From Antechinus flavipes (Eukaryota), in NCBI RefSeq assembly GCF_016432865.1, contig NC_067398.1, forward strand, positions 376,960,001 to 377,024,000: a stretch of DNA of 64,000 nt, read 5' to 3'. Positions 1 to 13,621 of this stretch are shown in pieces (position 1 is the stretch's first letter; each line of letters begins with the position of its first letter). The position numbers and the translations under genes were made by a program. The notes under the pieces were generated by a model. That model searched no databases. It saw only the letters and a program-made list of their open reading frames with translations, and was not told where the DNA came from.

Positions 1-881
1 ACTTGCCCAGGATTATAAAATCAATATATGTCAAAGGCAGGACTTAAATTCAAGTTTTCTGTTTCTAAGATCAGTTTTCTAGCAACAATGTTGCACATCT
101 TCTAACTTCAGAATACAAAATGATTCATTATATACCTATCTTCTAATGATTTTTATATTAGCTTGTATGGTGTAGTTCTTTCTCTCAAAGGATTATAAAC
201 TCTTTGAGAGCCCAGTGTGGGTCTCACTAAGAACTGAGCATATGACACAAGCTCAAGAATTATTTATCAATCACTCAATCAAATGATTTTAACATCAAGA
301 AAGGTTGATGTGATATTATTTCTATCATTCCTCAAAGCTCATATACTGGACAATTCCCTACCCTCACCACCAATTGTATACACATACTGAAGCTATAAGA
401 GATAATTTTTATCCAATTCATATAGAGGTAGTCCAAGTAGATTTCAACCAATCAATCAAATAATAAATATTTATTGTGCAGCTACTAAGTTTATGAGCAT
501 GGGCTAGACTCCGTACTTACCCCTAAGACCCAAGGATTTAGGAATATTGGTAGAGGATGAAAACCTGATGAGTCATTGACAAGGAATTTGAGAGGATGAC
601 AGTGGGAAAATGGATCTTGGCCTTCCCTCAAGGATCCCTCAGTATGCTTCTCCAAACTAGGGGATCCAAGACTTAAGGGACATTAGCACTTATTCTGGAA
701 GGCATTTCTCACAGGCTGATACCTTGTTCTTCCTCATTTCAATCCCAAAAGAGTCAGGAGAGTTGTTGAGCGTTCCTAGATAGTAACCCTTTCTCTTCTG
801 AAGCTACAATATCCCAGAAGCTTGGCAACAGCAAGCAAAAGGCACTGAGCATGTGGGAGGAAGTGTCTAGAGATAGGAAAT

Positions 882-884
<3 letters not shown>

Positions 885-922
<38 letters not shown>
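885..922. repeat. (CA)n microsatellite
   Basis: Direct reading. Confidence 0.98.
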
Positions 923-926
<4 letters not shown>

Positions 927-1481
927 GATGATGTATAGTAACAAGAGAATGCATCGTTTCCCATACTGTATCATAAATATCGTATTTATAACATTAATTA
1001 AATGCTGGAGACTTAAATCATTTATAATAGAGATGCAACCACTCAATGAACTGTTAGCAGAGTCAGCGCATTCTCGCTCGGGCAGGATTGGACAGAGAGC
1101 GATGGCTCCAGCTCCCAGCCCCACTGGGGAAAGCAGACCTCCCAGAGCTTTCTCCTCAGAGCAGAAGAAGTGTTGTCACAGAGCAAGAAAGCCTCTCAGT
1201 CATCCTCCTGTCTCTGGGAGGGCTACTGCTCAGGCGAGCCCTGCTTCAGGAAAAGGTTCCCTCCTCTCACTCCCTCTTGACCCCCCAATCAGTTAATTAA
1301 AAAGCATCAAGTAAATTCCTACCCTCCACTATCTGCTCTGGCCTGTGCTGAAAATTGCAAGGAGATAGAAGATAGAGATTGGAATGTGATGGGAGGACCA
1401 AAAGTCACATTCCTGAGATCATTCAAGAACAATACCATCTATTATCAAGTCTTATAGGGCAGCTAGCTGGTGCCATAGTAC

Positions 1482-1512
<31 letters not shown>

Positions 1513-4413
1513 ACTAGGTTTGGAGTCAGGAAGACTCATCTTTGTGAGTTCAAATCTGGTCTCAGACACTGGGCAAGTCACTTAACCCTGTTTGCCTGAA
1601 AAAACTGAATAACAATTTTATGAACCTATAATATGCTCAGTATCTGTTTCTCAGATTAATAGAGTCATACTAACATACTGTTATTATGGCAATTGTTATC
1701 ATGGCAACTGGGGATTATTATCCCCATTTTACAGGTGAGAAAATGTCTTTTCAGAAGGGGCATGAGGGAGGCAAGCTTTGCACAACAAATGGTGGGTGCA
1801 TGAGCTCCTTTGAGGCCACCCATCAGATCCAAACTCTTCATTTTACAGATGAAAGGTGAAATGACTTGCTCAGGGTCACCCTGATAATAAATGTGTAAGA
1901 CAGCATTTAAACTCATGACTTCCTAACTCCGAGTCCAGTGTTTTGTCTATTTATTGTGTTTGCTGTGGATTCATATGCATTTTTTATTGTTATAAAGCAG
2001 AAAAGAGATTCCTCTTCTCCCTTCTTAGGAGAATCAATGAATTTGGGGATATAGAAAGAATCATAGTTTAAGGGAAAACCCAACACATACAGACAGTGCC
2101 CAAAAATGAATTTTTCCATTTTAGTAAATGGAAATAACCAGGGCAGATCTGTTTGAAGAGGCCAGCACAGGGTCACAGACCTCATTCTAAAGTAGGGGGT
2201 CCTAGTCTTTTTTGTGTCGTGAACTCTTTTGTCATCCTGGTAAATTCTATGGACCCTTTCATAACAGATCATTGAAAATATATAAAAATGAAATTCACAG
2301 AATGTCAAAAGAGTCCTATTATAAGAAAACAAAGATATTTTTTCTCATCCAAATTTCCAATCCAAATCTATCCACAGACCCCCAAGTTAAGACTCAGAAC
2401 AGAAGCAAGGGAATCAGAAAGAAAATCCAGATTGCTCAGGGACTTGGAAAGAAAAGAAGAACCTGAAAATTATTCAATTAAGGAAAGAAGGTACTGGAGG
2501 TTTCTCCTGAGGCAAGATTGACTGAAGCTTTTTCTAGGTTGGGGTCAGGCCTCATGCCAGGTAGATAGGCAAATGAGCTACTATTGTTTACCATTCTCTC
2601 TAAGAATACAATAATGACAACAACAATAATAATCCCTCAAACGTTAAATATAAAACCAATAAGACAGCAAATTGTTCCATATCCATTTCCATCCAAATTC
2701 TATCAAAGAAGATAATGAGAATAAAAACTGGAATTTATATAACATGTTAAGGTTTTCAAAGTACTTTAGATGTAATATTTCATTTGAGCCTCTATTTGTA
2801 TGGTAGACATTAAAGGAATTATTGTCCCTATTTTTATAAGTGAGGAAATATCATTTTAGAGGGGGCAGAGTGATTTGCCGAGAATCACACGGCTAGTAAA
2901 TGTTGGCCAGCTTCAAACCCAGTCCTTCCTTACTGAAATCTGGCACTCAGCCTGTTTTGCTAGTTGGGCTACATTAGGGATGTCTTAATATTCCCAGGTC
3001 AGTACCCTCTGGTGGGGAGTCAGTCAGCAAGCCCTTATGAATGGTTACTGCAGGGCCAGACTTTGTGCTAAGTGCAAGGATACAAGGAAAGGCACGCAAT
3101 AGATGCTTCTTAGATAGACCTTATTTCTTTGAATGCTAATAAAGTTCTTAAAAAACAAACACACAGACAAGCCACCCGCTCTGACTCAGGACTTAAAGAG
3201 AGAGAAGTGGCCAGACCCAGGCAGGAAGAGAGGGCTAGGCTTGAGGTCTGGCCTCCAGCCCCTAGGGATGCTGGGCCCAGTGGGCATTGGCTCTCAGAGA
3301 GAGCTGAGAGAATCTGCCCTTCTCCTCCTGCCTGGGCTCCGATTGTCTCCCACCGGTCTCCCTCGGGGCCAGAGAATTCAGGATCTGGTGAGGAGGAAAG
3401 ACAGAAGGAAGGGAACAGGCAGGAAGGAGGAAGGAGGGGAGGGAGATGAGGCTGGAACTGTGATTCAGGCCTGGCCAGGTTCCAGAAATCTCTGTGCAAT
3501 CAACCAAAGAAACACATTTGAGAAAACAGAATTGTAAAAGTAACTTTGAAGACTCTGTTGCCATGGGAACAGATCTGTAAATACTTAACTGCAAACATTA
3601 AGTGACATGCAGCCGCGATTCCGGCCTGCACAGGGAAGGGATGGTAAATTTCACCCACTCTTTAAATAATCAACTCTGATGTTTTCTCTGTCTCTCTCGG
3701 CCTGCTCCCTCCTCCTCCCTTATTCCTACTCCTTCTCCTTCCCACCCTCTCTCTGTCCTTGCTCCCACTCCATTTTATCTCCCTCATCCTTCTCACAATC
3801 CCCTCCTTTTCAGGTTCCCTCCCATTCCCAGATCCTTCCTCTTTGTTCTTCTCTAAAACCCTCTGTCTTACAGAGAAGATAGAACCCAGACCCCAGGGGC
3901 CTTTGTCAATCCTGAGCCCAACTGAAGGCGGAAAAGATAGGAGGAGGCCCAGGTCTGATAGGGAAGATACTTCTCTTATGTCCTGTCTTATGAGAAAGAG
4001 ACATAGGGCAGCTACCTCGGAAGGGATGGAAGGGAAAATCCTACTAGTGAAGCCCTGGTCTCTCAAACACCCTTAAACAGAAAGCAAGATGATGAATTGT
4101 CCCTGTGCTCCCAGCAGGGGAGTTCTGCATGAAATCTGTCATCTTCTCATGTTAGTGCCCCTTCTGCAGTGTTAGAATCGAACTCCCCTGGGGGTAAATT
4201 ATCATCATCTAGGCCAGGGAAGGGGAGAAGGGGGAGGTGGGAGCCATTCGCAGGTGCTGGGGAAAAGGTTAGAGTGCTAAGACAGGAGGCTAGCACCAAG
4301 ATTTGCAGCATGAGTTTGGAGAGAGTAAAGGGGAAAGGTGAGTCCTCATCAGAACAGGCCAGATTGATGCCTTTAAAATTAAGTGCCAGGATGTAATTCA
4401 AAAAATACAGTGC

Positions 4414-4628
4414 CAGGATAAGGCAAAGGATTCCCAAAAAGTCCATAGTCATGACTTAGGGACAGAATCTAGATGTCTCGAATTGTAGCTCACCTTCATG
4501 AGTCAGGGCTAAAGAGAGGGCAGAGGTTCAGGACAAGGCAAAGAACTCCTGAAAAATCAATAGTCATGGCTTAGGAGACAGAGTCTAGATGTCTTGGTTG
4601 TAGCTCACTTTCGTGAGCCAGGGTTAAA
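4414..4628. repeat. Diverged tandem duplication, 2 copies, period 115 bp
   Basis: caggataaggcaaagg...atagtcatgacttagggacagaatctagatgtct...gtagctcac (4414-4513) versus caggacaaggcaaaga...atagtcatggcttaggagacagagtctagatgtct...gtagctcac (4529-4628). Confidence 0.9.
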
Positions 4629-5220
4629 TGCCTCTTGACTATTTTGAGGGAGGAAATACTTGAAAAAGAAGTCAGTTCTCAAAGAAGGTAAACCAAAGTC
4701 TAGCCAAGGGGGCCACAGCAATTTTCCAAAGTGCACTTAGGTACAAGGCAAGGTACATCACATTCAGCAAAGAGTGAGCAGGACTTATCTATAACATTAA
4801 CTCTCCCTCAACTTCTTAAGTGGTAGAAAATGCCCTTAACCCCAGAAAGAAAACCAAGGGCTAGCCTACCTGGGCTCCCATCTCTGCTCTGTGACCCAAA
4901 AAGCTCCCCCCTCTCTCGGTTTCAGTGTTTCCATGAGAGTGTTGGACAAGGTACCTTTTAGCTCTAAGACTGGGACTACCTAAGAATCCTAAAAAATTTC
5001 TTGAATTAGGGTATTCTGGGAAAAGCACTGGGTGTGAAATCGGATGACCTAAGACAGAACGGGATAGCAGAGAGTTCAATTCCCCGCTGTGAGACCTGGA
5101 CAAGTCACTTATTTGAGTGACTTCTCCAAATAAGTGTCTGAGTCCCAGTTTCTTCACTGGACAAACAAGGAGACTGGATTAGGAGGCTGCCTGGGTCCCT
5201 GGCAGCTCTAAAGCCTATGA

Positions 5221-5690
5221 CGCTGTCTCCCCATCCAAGGCTTCCTCCGCCCTCAGTGCCGGCGCGATTTTGGACCCTGCATCCCAACGCTCCAGATGCA
5301 GCCCCTCCCGGCTCTAAAGCTCGGAGCGCCTTCCCTTGGGACTTCTGCGGGGTCTGGGAGAAGCCGGGAAAGGCCGGCTGGGAAGGCTGTCCACCAAGTG
5401 GCTAAGTAAGGAAAGCCCGCCCCCTGCTGGATTTTCCGGACGCTGGCTTCGTTGCCTGAGCTCTTGACAGACAGCAGGGGGCCAAGACAAATCCCGGGGC
5501 GGAAGGTGGGTGCCGCCCCCAGCCAGGTGGTGTTCTACCCCCAAGGCATCCCCCAGAGGCAGACGCTGGGGGCCTCCCAGAAATACCCTGGAAAGGGAAT
5601 GGTGGCGCGGTGTGAGAGAGAAAGCGCTGAATTTACCCTCAGAAGAACTGGGTTTGAGTCTTGGCTCTGCCATTTCCTTCCTGCGCCACT
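5221..5690. promoter_or_regulatory. Small CpG-rich block with clustered CTCF-like motifs
   Basis: 24 CpGs counted in 470 bp, against a strongly CpG-depleted background. CCAGCAGGGGGCG on the - strand at 5418-5430; ACAGCAGGGGGCC on + at 5471-5483; CCACCAAGTGGC on + at 5391-5402. Confidence 0.55.
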
Positions 5691-8049
5691 TTGGGCAAGT
5701 CCCCCCCCCCCCCACCTACCCCGGGGCTGTACAATGAGAGAGATGGGCCAGACAAGTCAGGAAGGAAAGAATGAATGAAAAAAGTGTTAAGTACTCACCA
5801 AATCAACTGATAGCCCAGTGGATAAAGGGCTGGGTCTGAACTCAGACACTAGCTGTTACCTGGCTTTTGTTGCCTCAGTCTATTCAACTATAAAATAGAA
5901 GAAATAATGGCCTCCTAATATCCCATGGTTGTTGGAAGAATAAGTGAGAAAATATTTGTAATTTAAAAAAATAAAAGATATTTAGTACAGCGCCTAGCAC
6001 ATAGTAGGTGCTGTGTAAATGCTTACTCCCTTCCCCAAATATGCCAAGAATTTCACTGTGTAGGGACACAAGTACAAAAGGGAACATGTCCTCACTGTCC
6101 TCAGTGGTTTCATGCTAATAGGGTGTAAGTATGTGTGAGATATGGGGACAAGGGATGAAGTATTTTGGCTTAGAAGTTTACAAATTATTAGAACAAGAAG
6201 GATAGAGATTGGAAAATTCTTTCTAGTAACAATGACAATATTGATTTTATTATGGTGCCAAAACTGGGGAAGAAAAGAAATAAGAAGATAGGGGATACCT
6301 AAAGAAGGTACCTGGGAAGCCAAAGTGAAACACAGCAAGAACCAAGCAAATGGGCCATCTTAGCTGCCCACCAATCAGAACAGTGATACCCCAGGGCAAG
6401 GAATCAAACTAGGATGACAAGACTCATAAACAGGAAAGAGAGATAGTCTCTAAAATCCCTTCTAGCTCTTAAACAGTGACTTATAATCTAGCTTTCTATG
6501 GTGGCAGTGAAAAAAATTCCCAATTTTCAGTCAGACCCAAGTTCAAATCCTTCCTCAGACACTTCTTAGCTATATGACCCTCAACTACTTCACAAGGGAA
6601 AATTCAGATAATATGAGAAAAGATCTTTGCAAATCTTAAATGCACATATAAAAGTTGTTATTATTAATATTACCATTATTATCTGGCTTGGAATGAAGGC
6701 ACAAGACTCTCCAGGCAAGAGATCAGCTTTGCAAGTTGTCAGTGTAGACTGTGGCAGGTAGATTTGTGAGGATGTTTTCTATACTATTCATGGTGATTCT
6801 GTATACTGGGACACACCATGGAATGTCAATTGAGGCAAGATGGGTAAGGAAGGATGGGGAGTAGGGAACTCGGTTCTCTGTTTCCTGTTCATGAGCCATG
6901 TCTTCCCAATTTGACCATGAATTTGCCAGGACAGAAACTATCTCTTCACTTGCCCTACCCCTTCATGGGGCTTAATAAATGCTTGCTGATGGATCAATCA
7001 TTCTTTATCCATATGTATAAGTGACACCACATAGCACAGTGTTTATTGCAATATAGATGGCATTTTATAAGCATATTTGTAGGTATGTCTGTGTGTGTAT
7101 ATGGATGTCCAAAAGACATCCTCAAAAGGATGGTGAGAACGGGATTAGTAAGGAGGGTCTACATCAGACTAGATTGGAAACTACTTGCCCTTGTGTATAA
7201 TTTGATGGCAAAATCACAGAAAGGGTGGTCAGAATTGTCTCCACCCTCCTAGTTCACATGCTTAAAATCCTAATCCCTTTTGTATAGCCCTTTTTATATT
7301 AGCATTGGAATTCAAGTGCCTGCAACTAAGAAGTGCCCCTCTAAGAAAACTCAAAAGGGCCTAAACCATAAAGAACAACAGGTTAAAGGAAACCTTAGAG
7401 GGTTGGGCAGGAATTGGAAGACAGCTCCCGAAAGAGATACTAAAGACCAAGAGACATTTTTTTTGAAGGTGAGATGGCTCATTTTCCCCTCAGATGAACC
7501 AGAGAGAATCTTAACTTGTCAGAAGAGTTGAATCAGAAAACCCTGGGCCAAAAATGGCCTGGCCTTACAGATTAAAAATAGACTCCTAGATGTGAGGGGT
7601 TTCTAAATGTGGTAGGACTCCTGAGTGGAGCACAGCTGGCCTCTCTTTAGCCCTATGTCAGTGTCCTGAATTAAGGCTGGACCTGCTCACTGATTAGGCC
7701 AGGACCCTAGAAGTTTTTGCTATATCAAAACACTGGACTTGGAAAGATGTGGTGACTAAAACCTCATTCCTAGCAAAAGACAACATAGCAAAGGAGGAAG
7801 ACTGTCTTGTACAGTTAGGGATGAAGGTCAGAAGTAAATTGAGGCAGCCTTTCAAAAACTTAGAGGATCAAATAGATTTGGACACTTAGGGCAATTTCTG
7901 CTTGTTGTGTCCATCTGCTACCAAGAGGCCCAGTCAATTCTGGGAAATAGCTATCCATCAGTCCCATATTTCCTATCACATAACAATATCATAACTAGGT
8001 GGAACAGGGACAAAGTGCCAGGATAAAATCAGGAAAACTTCCCTTCCCA

Positions 8050-8210
8050 AGTTCAAATCCAGCCTCAGAGACTTACTAGCTGTGTGATCCTAGGCAAGTC
8101 ACCTGTAAAATTAACTGAAGAAGGAAATTTCAAACCACTCCAATTTTTTTGCCAAGAAAACCCCAAATGAGGTCATAAAAAGTCAAATGTGACTGAAAAC
8201 AATTGAACAA
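8050..8210 (+). mobile_element. MAR1-type CORE-SINE with RTE-like tail (representative of dozens of MIR/MAR1 copies, e.g. about 1460-1600, 9630-9890, 14600-14842, 35130-35310, 48940-49170)
   Basis: gttcaaatccagcctcagagacttactagctgtgtgatcctaggcaagtcac core plus an aaaccactccaa...gccaagaaaaccccaaatg tail. Confidence 0.8.
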
Positions 8211-11200
8211 AATGATACCAGTTGAGCAAACCCAGATGCCCTGAATCTAATCTGGCTAGTCTATATTGAGCATCTACTGGATGACAAAGGTGAGGAAGAC
8301 AGAAAACTTCATACTTGTCCACAATGAATTCCAAACCTATTTAGGGGAATATTTTGCATTCAGGAAACATCATAGAATAGTTTTGGTGAGACTTTGGGGG
8401 TCTGTAGAATCACTTAGAGAACACTGCCAGATGTCGTAAATACTGAATAAGACAGAAGCTGGGGCTGAGGCTGAAAGTTCTTCCAAAAGTTTGTTACTGT
8501 TATCCTTTAAGGCAAAAGATAACTTGGACATAACTACCCTCTATCCTTCCACTTCAGGCTCATCCTTCAAGAGCCAATTCAAGCCCTATATGCTTCATGA
8601 ATCTTCACTGATAATTGTTGTCTATTCTGATCTCTTCATTCTCTCATCACCCATGGCCATATAGTCTAAAGCATACCATCCAGCCCTTTATCATTCTCCA
8701 AATTGTTCTCTAATTGTTTTGTTTTGGAGGATCCTACCTCCCCAACTAGACAGGGCAAGAACCATATCTCCTTCCCTTGGATTTGTAGCCAAGCCTAGCA
8801 CAGAGCAGGACACAAGAAGATCTTTAGTACATGCTTGCTAGATTGAATTGAGTTAGCAGCAAAAAATTCTACTAGTTAAGGCCATTCCAGTAGATTTTGT
8901 GAAGGCAAACATTTCTGTGAAATTAGATAAAATTTCTGAAATGCTGCCAAAACATAGCAGATCTCATTTTTGAACATGCCCTTCATAAATTGTAAGCTCC
9001 TCAGATGTTTTAGGCAGGTAGGTGTTGCAGGTGCATTGAATGCTGGGTTTTGAATGCAGAAGACTTAAGTTCTAATTCTGATTGAGACATTCATTAGCTC
9101 TGTGAAAGTCTCCGAGGTCCCTTCCAACTATAAGAACCTCTGGTGCCATGTCTCCTCAGTGCCTTATGTTAGTAGGCACTCAATAAATGCTTGTTAAATA
9201 TTGGACCATATCATTCTGGAGACCCAGACTACAATGGATCGTTAGACAAAGAAAATAAGGTTCTGAGAGCAGAAGTTTGCCTAAGGTCACACAGCTAGCT
9301 AGTTCTCAGGGCTGCTAAATCTCAGGTCTTTTGACTCCTCAGTGAAAGTACTGGATTTGCTGAGGAGTACAACACAAATCTTGTGCAGGGTTTGTGGGTA
9401 TCTAATTCTGGCCCTTGCCCAGAACATCTTGAACATTATTCTGAATGTCCTAGGGCTTGTACTTCATGTAGTTTGCTACTCCAAGTTATTAAGGCAGGGC
9501 TTTTGTTCAGTTGGTCCCCACCTCAACCTTAGCACACAGGAAGGTACACTGAAAGTACCAACTAAAATTTATTGTTGATGGTCGTAACTCTTGATTGTAG
9601 GGATGAATCTAAATTTGGGATAGTATTAGAAGGGAAGGAAGGAAATAAGCATTTATATAGTACTTGCTATGTGCAGGTGTTATGCTAAGTGCCTTTTACA
9701 AATATTATTTCATTTAATCCTTAAAACAACCCTGAGAGATAGCTGCTGTTATTATCCTCATTTTACAGTTGAGGAAACTGAGGATAACAAAAGTTAAATG
9801 ACTTAACTAGATAAGCATCTGGGGCTGGATTTGAACTCAGATCTTCCTGACTCAGGCCCAGAATCCTGTCTATACTCTACTACCAGCTGCCTGATGGTTT
9901 CCATATAGCTTATATTATGTACCACAATATGTAGACTACAGCTCTGGATAGAAGATTTTGCATGGCAGGGTCATAGGCATATAGATTTGGAGATAGGAAT
10001 AACCACAGATATCATCTAGTCAAACTCCCTCGTTTTACAGATTAAGGAACTGAAACTAGGACGGTTACAAAGTCACACATGGCAGCATGGGGCAGGGCTG
10101 GCCCAGTGTAATGCAGAGGAATTGGACTTGTGCTGAGGACAACCTGACTTGGGTTCAAATTCCCCTTCAGGAATTACTAGCTGCATAACCTGAGTAATGC
10201 ACTAAACTTCTCTATCCTTCAGATTCTTCACCTATAAAATGAAGGAGTAGACCCAATGATGTTTTAAAAAGCCTCACTCTAAAACCTATGACTCCAGATT
10301 TGGAGCTGTTTCCACCATACTAAGCATGATATATACATTTTGCAGGTCCTACTCTCCAGGAGATCAAATTCCAAAGGGGAAAAATCTGGTCGTTTATTAT
10401 AGATGAAGATTTCAAAAGTCAGAAGGATTGAAGGGAAGGAAAAACTATGGGATAATTTTTCCCCCTAGGGACAGTCTTCCCCCCCCAAAAAAAAGAGGAG
10501 AGAAGGAGAAAATAAAACCTACCTTTTTCCATTGAATATTTCCATTTCCCCCCAGGCTTTCACATCTCCAAATATACCAAACTTGGTTATTTTATGTGCA
10601 AATTGAGTTACATAATACATAGTATGTTCATAAGCTAGCAAAGTAAGTAGATCTGTGAAGGATGATAAAAATAAATACTCACATATTTCAATTTTACTCA
10701 CAATTTCATTTTTAAGGGAATTTTGTCCCAGTTTTCCCATTTTCTAATTAGAATTTCTGGGAATTTTATACTTTTATCCTAGGATTAGCAAAGCAAAATT
10801 GAGAGGGTTTTTGCCCCATTTCCACAGATACCCAGAATTCCCAGTGAGGTTCTAGCCAAACTTGTTCTCCCCAAGTAGAGTTCAAGGATCTAGAATTACT
10901 CTTCCCTCTTCCCCTCTGCCATCAAAATTCCCATTCACTCTGGGCACAGCTCTCACTTAGCTGACATAGAAAAAAAAAAAATAAAACAACCTGGTAAATG
11001 AATTCTACTTAAGTATTCATGGCTGATAATATCTTAATGGTACCCTTCCCAGATGAATTTGCATTTTAAGAAAGGGGCCCAAAGGACAATTCATATAGCT
11101 AAAGAATGAAGTATTAATGGAGCATTCAAGACACCTTGGTGGAATGGAGGGAAGGGGAATACAACTCTAGCCTTAGAGTTAGGAAGATCAGAGACTATAA

Positions 11201-13621
11201 TCCTGTCTCTTACTATTTGTGTGACATTGGAAAGTCACTTTACTTTCCCAGAGTTTCTGTTTCATCTTCTGTAAAATAGACTCTGTGGTTCCTTGCAACT
11301 CAAATCTCTAATGATTTAAGGTACCTGCCTAATGGTCTTCATCTCACATTAATGGCTGATTACTCCATTTATATAAACAAGAAAAAAAAATTTAATTCTC
11401 AACCTCCACTCCTTTGTCTTTATCTTCTTTATATGTGCCCATTTCTCTCTCCTATTTCAAATCCCTCTTCCCATTGCTTTCTCATTCACTGATTCAGATT
11501 TCAGGCTAATGTCCATTGAAACAACTTGTCCTTGGTGAGCTCCTGAATTATTGATCCTGCCAAGGAAAGACACATAAGGCCATCAGGAACATTGGAGGAG
11601 GCAAGGCATTTAGTATAGAGAGGAAAACTAGAGCCATGATCATGCAGTGGGTCAGCTCAGCCTTAGGTCTTCTCTTTCAAAGATCTTGGAGCTTCAACTT
11701 ATACTTGACCAAGAATCCCATCTACAACAAAACCAACAAGTTCATCAAAGAGATTTAATGTAGTATAGTAGAAAAGACAATGGACATTAAGGACAGAAGA
11801 CCTGAGTTCAAATCCCAGTTATACTACATATGACCTTGGGGAAAATCATCTAACCTTTGTGGGTCCCCAGTTTCCTCATCTACAAAAAAAAAAAAAGTTT
11901 TTAAATTAATCTGGATAACTGTTTGTGTCTTTTCTATATCCAATCTATAAATCTCTAACAATATCTCAGAGGACCTCCTCTGCTTTGATGAGTCCCTCTT
12001 CTGTCCTCAATCTATCTAGTTAGCTCATTCATCATCATTCACTAGGTACTTACCATGTACACAGTTTGTGCTAAGATGGGCTGCAGAGAAAAGGAGAGAA
12101 AGAGAAATTATTTTCTTTGCTTATTGGGGAGCTCCCGGTCCAGTTGAGAAGATGAGACTAATACTTTTAATTTGAGACAAATAAGGGATAGTATGTGATT
12201 AAGAACAAAGTTGTATGGATTATAAGGTATTATAAGGGAACAGAAGAAGAAGGTGTAATCTGAAGGAGATAGGTTTGATATGTACGCTAAAGAATAACCA
12301 GGAGTCAGATCATAGCACTTTAGAACTGAGCAGGACCTTTATCTGGTCTAACTTCCTCATTTTGTCAATGAAGGAACTGAGGTCCAGAGATTTTAAGTGA
12401 CTTGTTCTAGTTGGTTAATGGCCAAAGTGGAACCAAAACTTAGGCATTTTGATACACAGCCCATGGGTCATTCTGCTATATAATAACTAACCAGAGACTA
12501 AGAGCTGAATATCTGGGGGAAGGAGAATGAAATGAATAAAGGCACAGAGGCAGAAATGAGCATGATGTGTAATAACCTGGGTTCAAGTGGAAAATCCTGG
12601 GTTCAAGTGTTGAAAAAGAGGTTAGGATAGGGTTGAAAAAGGAAGATGGGTCTTGTAGAACATTTTAATATAACTGTCATTATCATATTTGGTGCTTTGC
12701 AAAATCCTTTCATATTCACCCTCTAAATCAATCCTCACACCATTCCCCTCCAGTGGGCAGAATGGGGATAATTATCCCCATTTTAGAGAAAAACCTGAGG
12801 CTCAGAGAAATTAAGTGACTTGTCCAAAACCAGTCCATATGTCAGTGGTAGTGACAAACTTCCCAAACCAATATCCACTACACTATTCAATTCAACTCAA
12901 AACTCTAAAGAAGCTACAATGTGCAAGGAGCATTGAAGAAAATAACAGATAGAGAAAGATGAAAAGCAACATAGTCCCTGCCTTCAAGGACTACACTCTA
13001 TTTGGGGTAAGAGAGGAGCATAATACATATATACAAATAAGTAAGCTAGGTAGAATTAATAGAGGCAGAGATCTAAACAAAATTCTTCAGGAAAGTTGAC
13101 ACTGGAGTGGGGAAAACTCCCTTTTAACTGGATCAGGGAAGGCTTCATGGAGAAGGTAGCCACTGAATAGAGTCTTGAAGGATAAAGATTCCAAAAAATA
13201 GAGATGAGGTACTTTCTAAATCCCTAAGAGTGGCTGAATGAATGATAGTGATAGAAAAGGGCGGGACAATATCAGAGAGTCCATCTTGTCTGTAGCAAAG
13301 GCTGCATGAAGGAAAACAACATGAAATGAGGCAGAAAGATAAGTTAGAGGCAGGTTTGGAAGGACTTCAAGTGCTAAGTTGAGTTTGCGTTTTATCCTAT
13401 AGGCAGTAGGGAGAGAAGGATGGGCTTTGCTTTGGTTTATTTAGCAAGGGAGTAGCATTGTCAGATCTGTGAATGACAATGATTATTTTGGTGGCGGTGT
13501 GAACAATAGACTAAAGAGGGAAGAAACTAGAAGCATGGAGACCAGTTAGGAAGCTTCGACCACAGTCCAGGCAAGAGGTGATAAGAGCATGAATTAATCT
13601 AGCCATAGTATGAGTAGAATA

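Noticed and set aside
754-1300. ORFs such as 928-1296 and the CVCVCV/HTHTHT frames
   Set aside because: They arise from microsatellites or chance, with no domain similarity or splice structure.
3110-5780. Cluster of overlapping 100-135 aa ORFs on both strands
   Set aside because: GC/purine-rich composition lowers stop frequency; no recognisable motifs.
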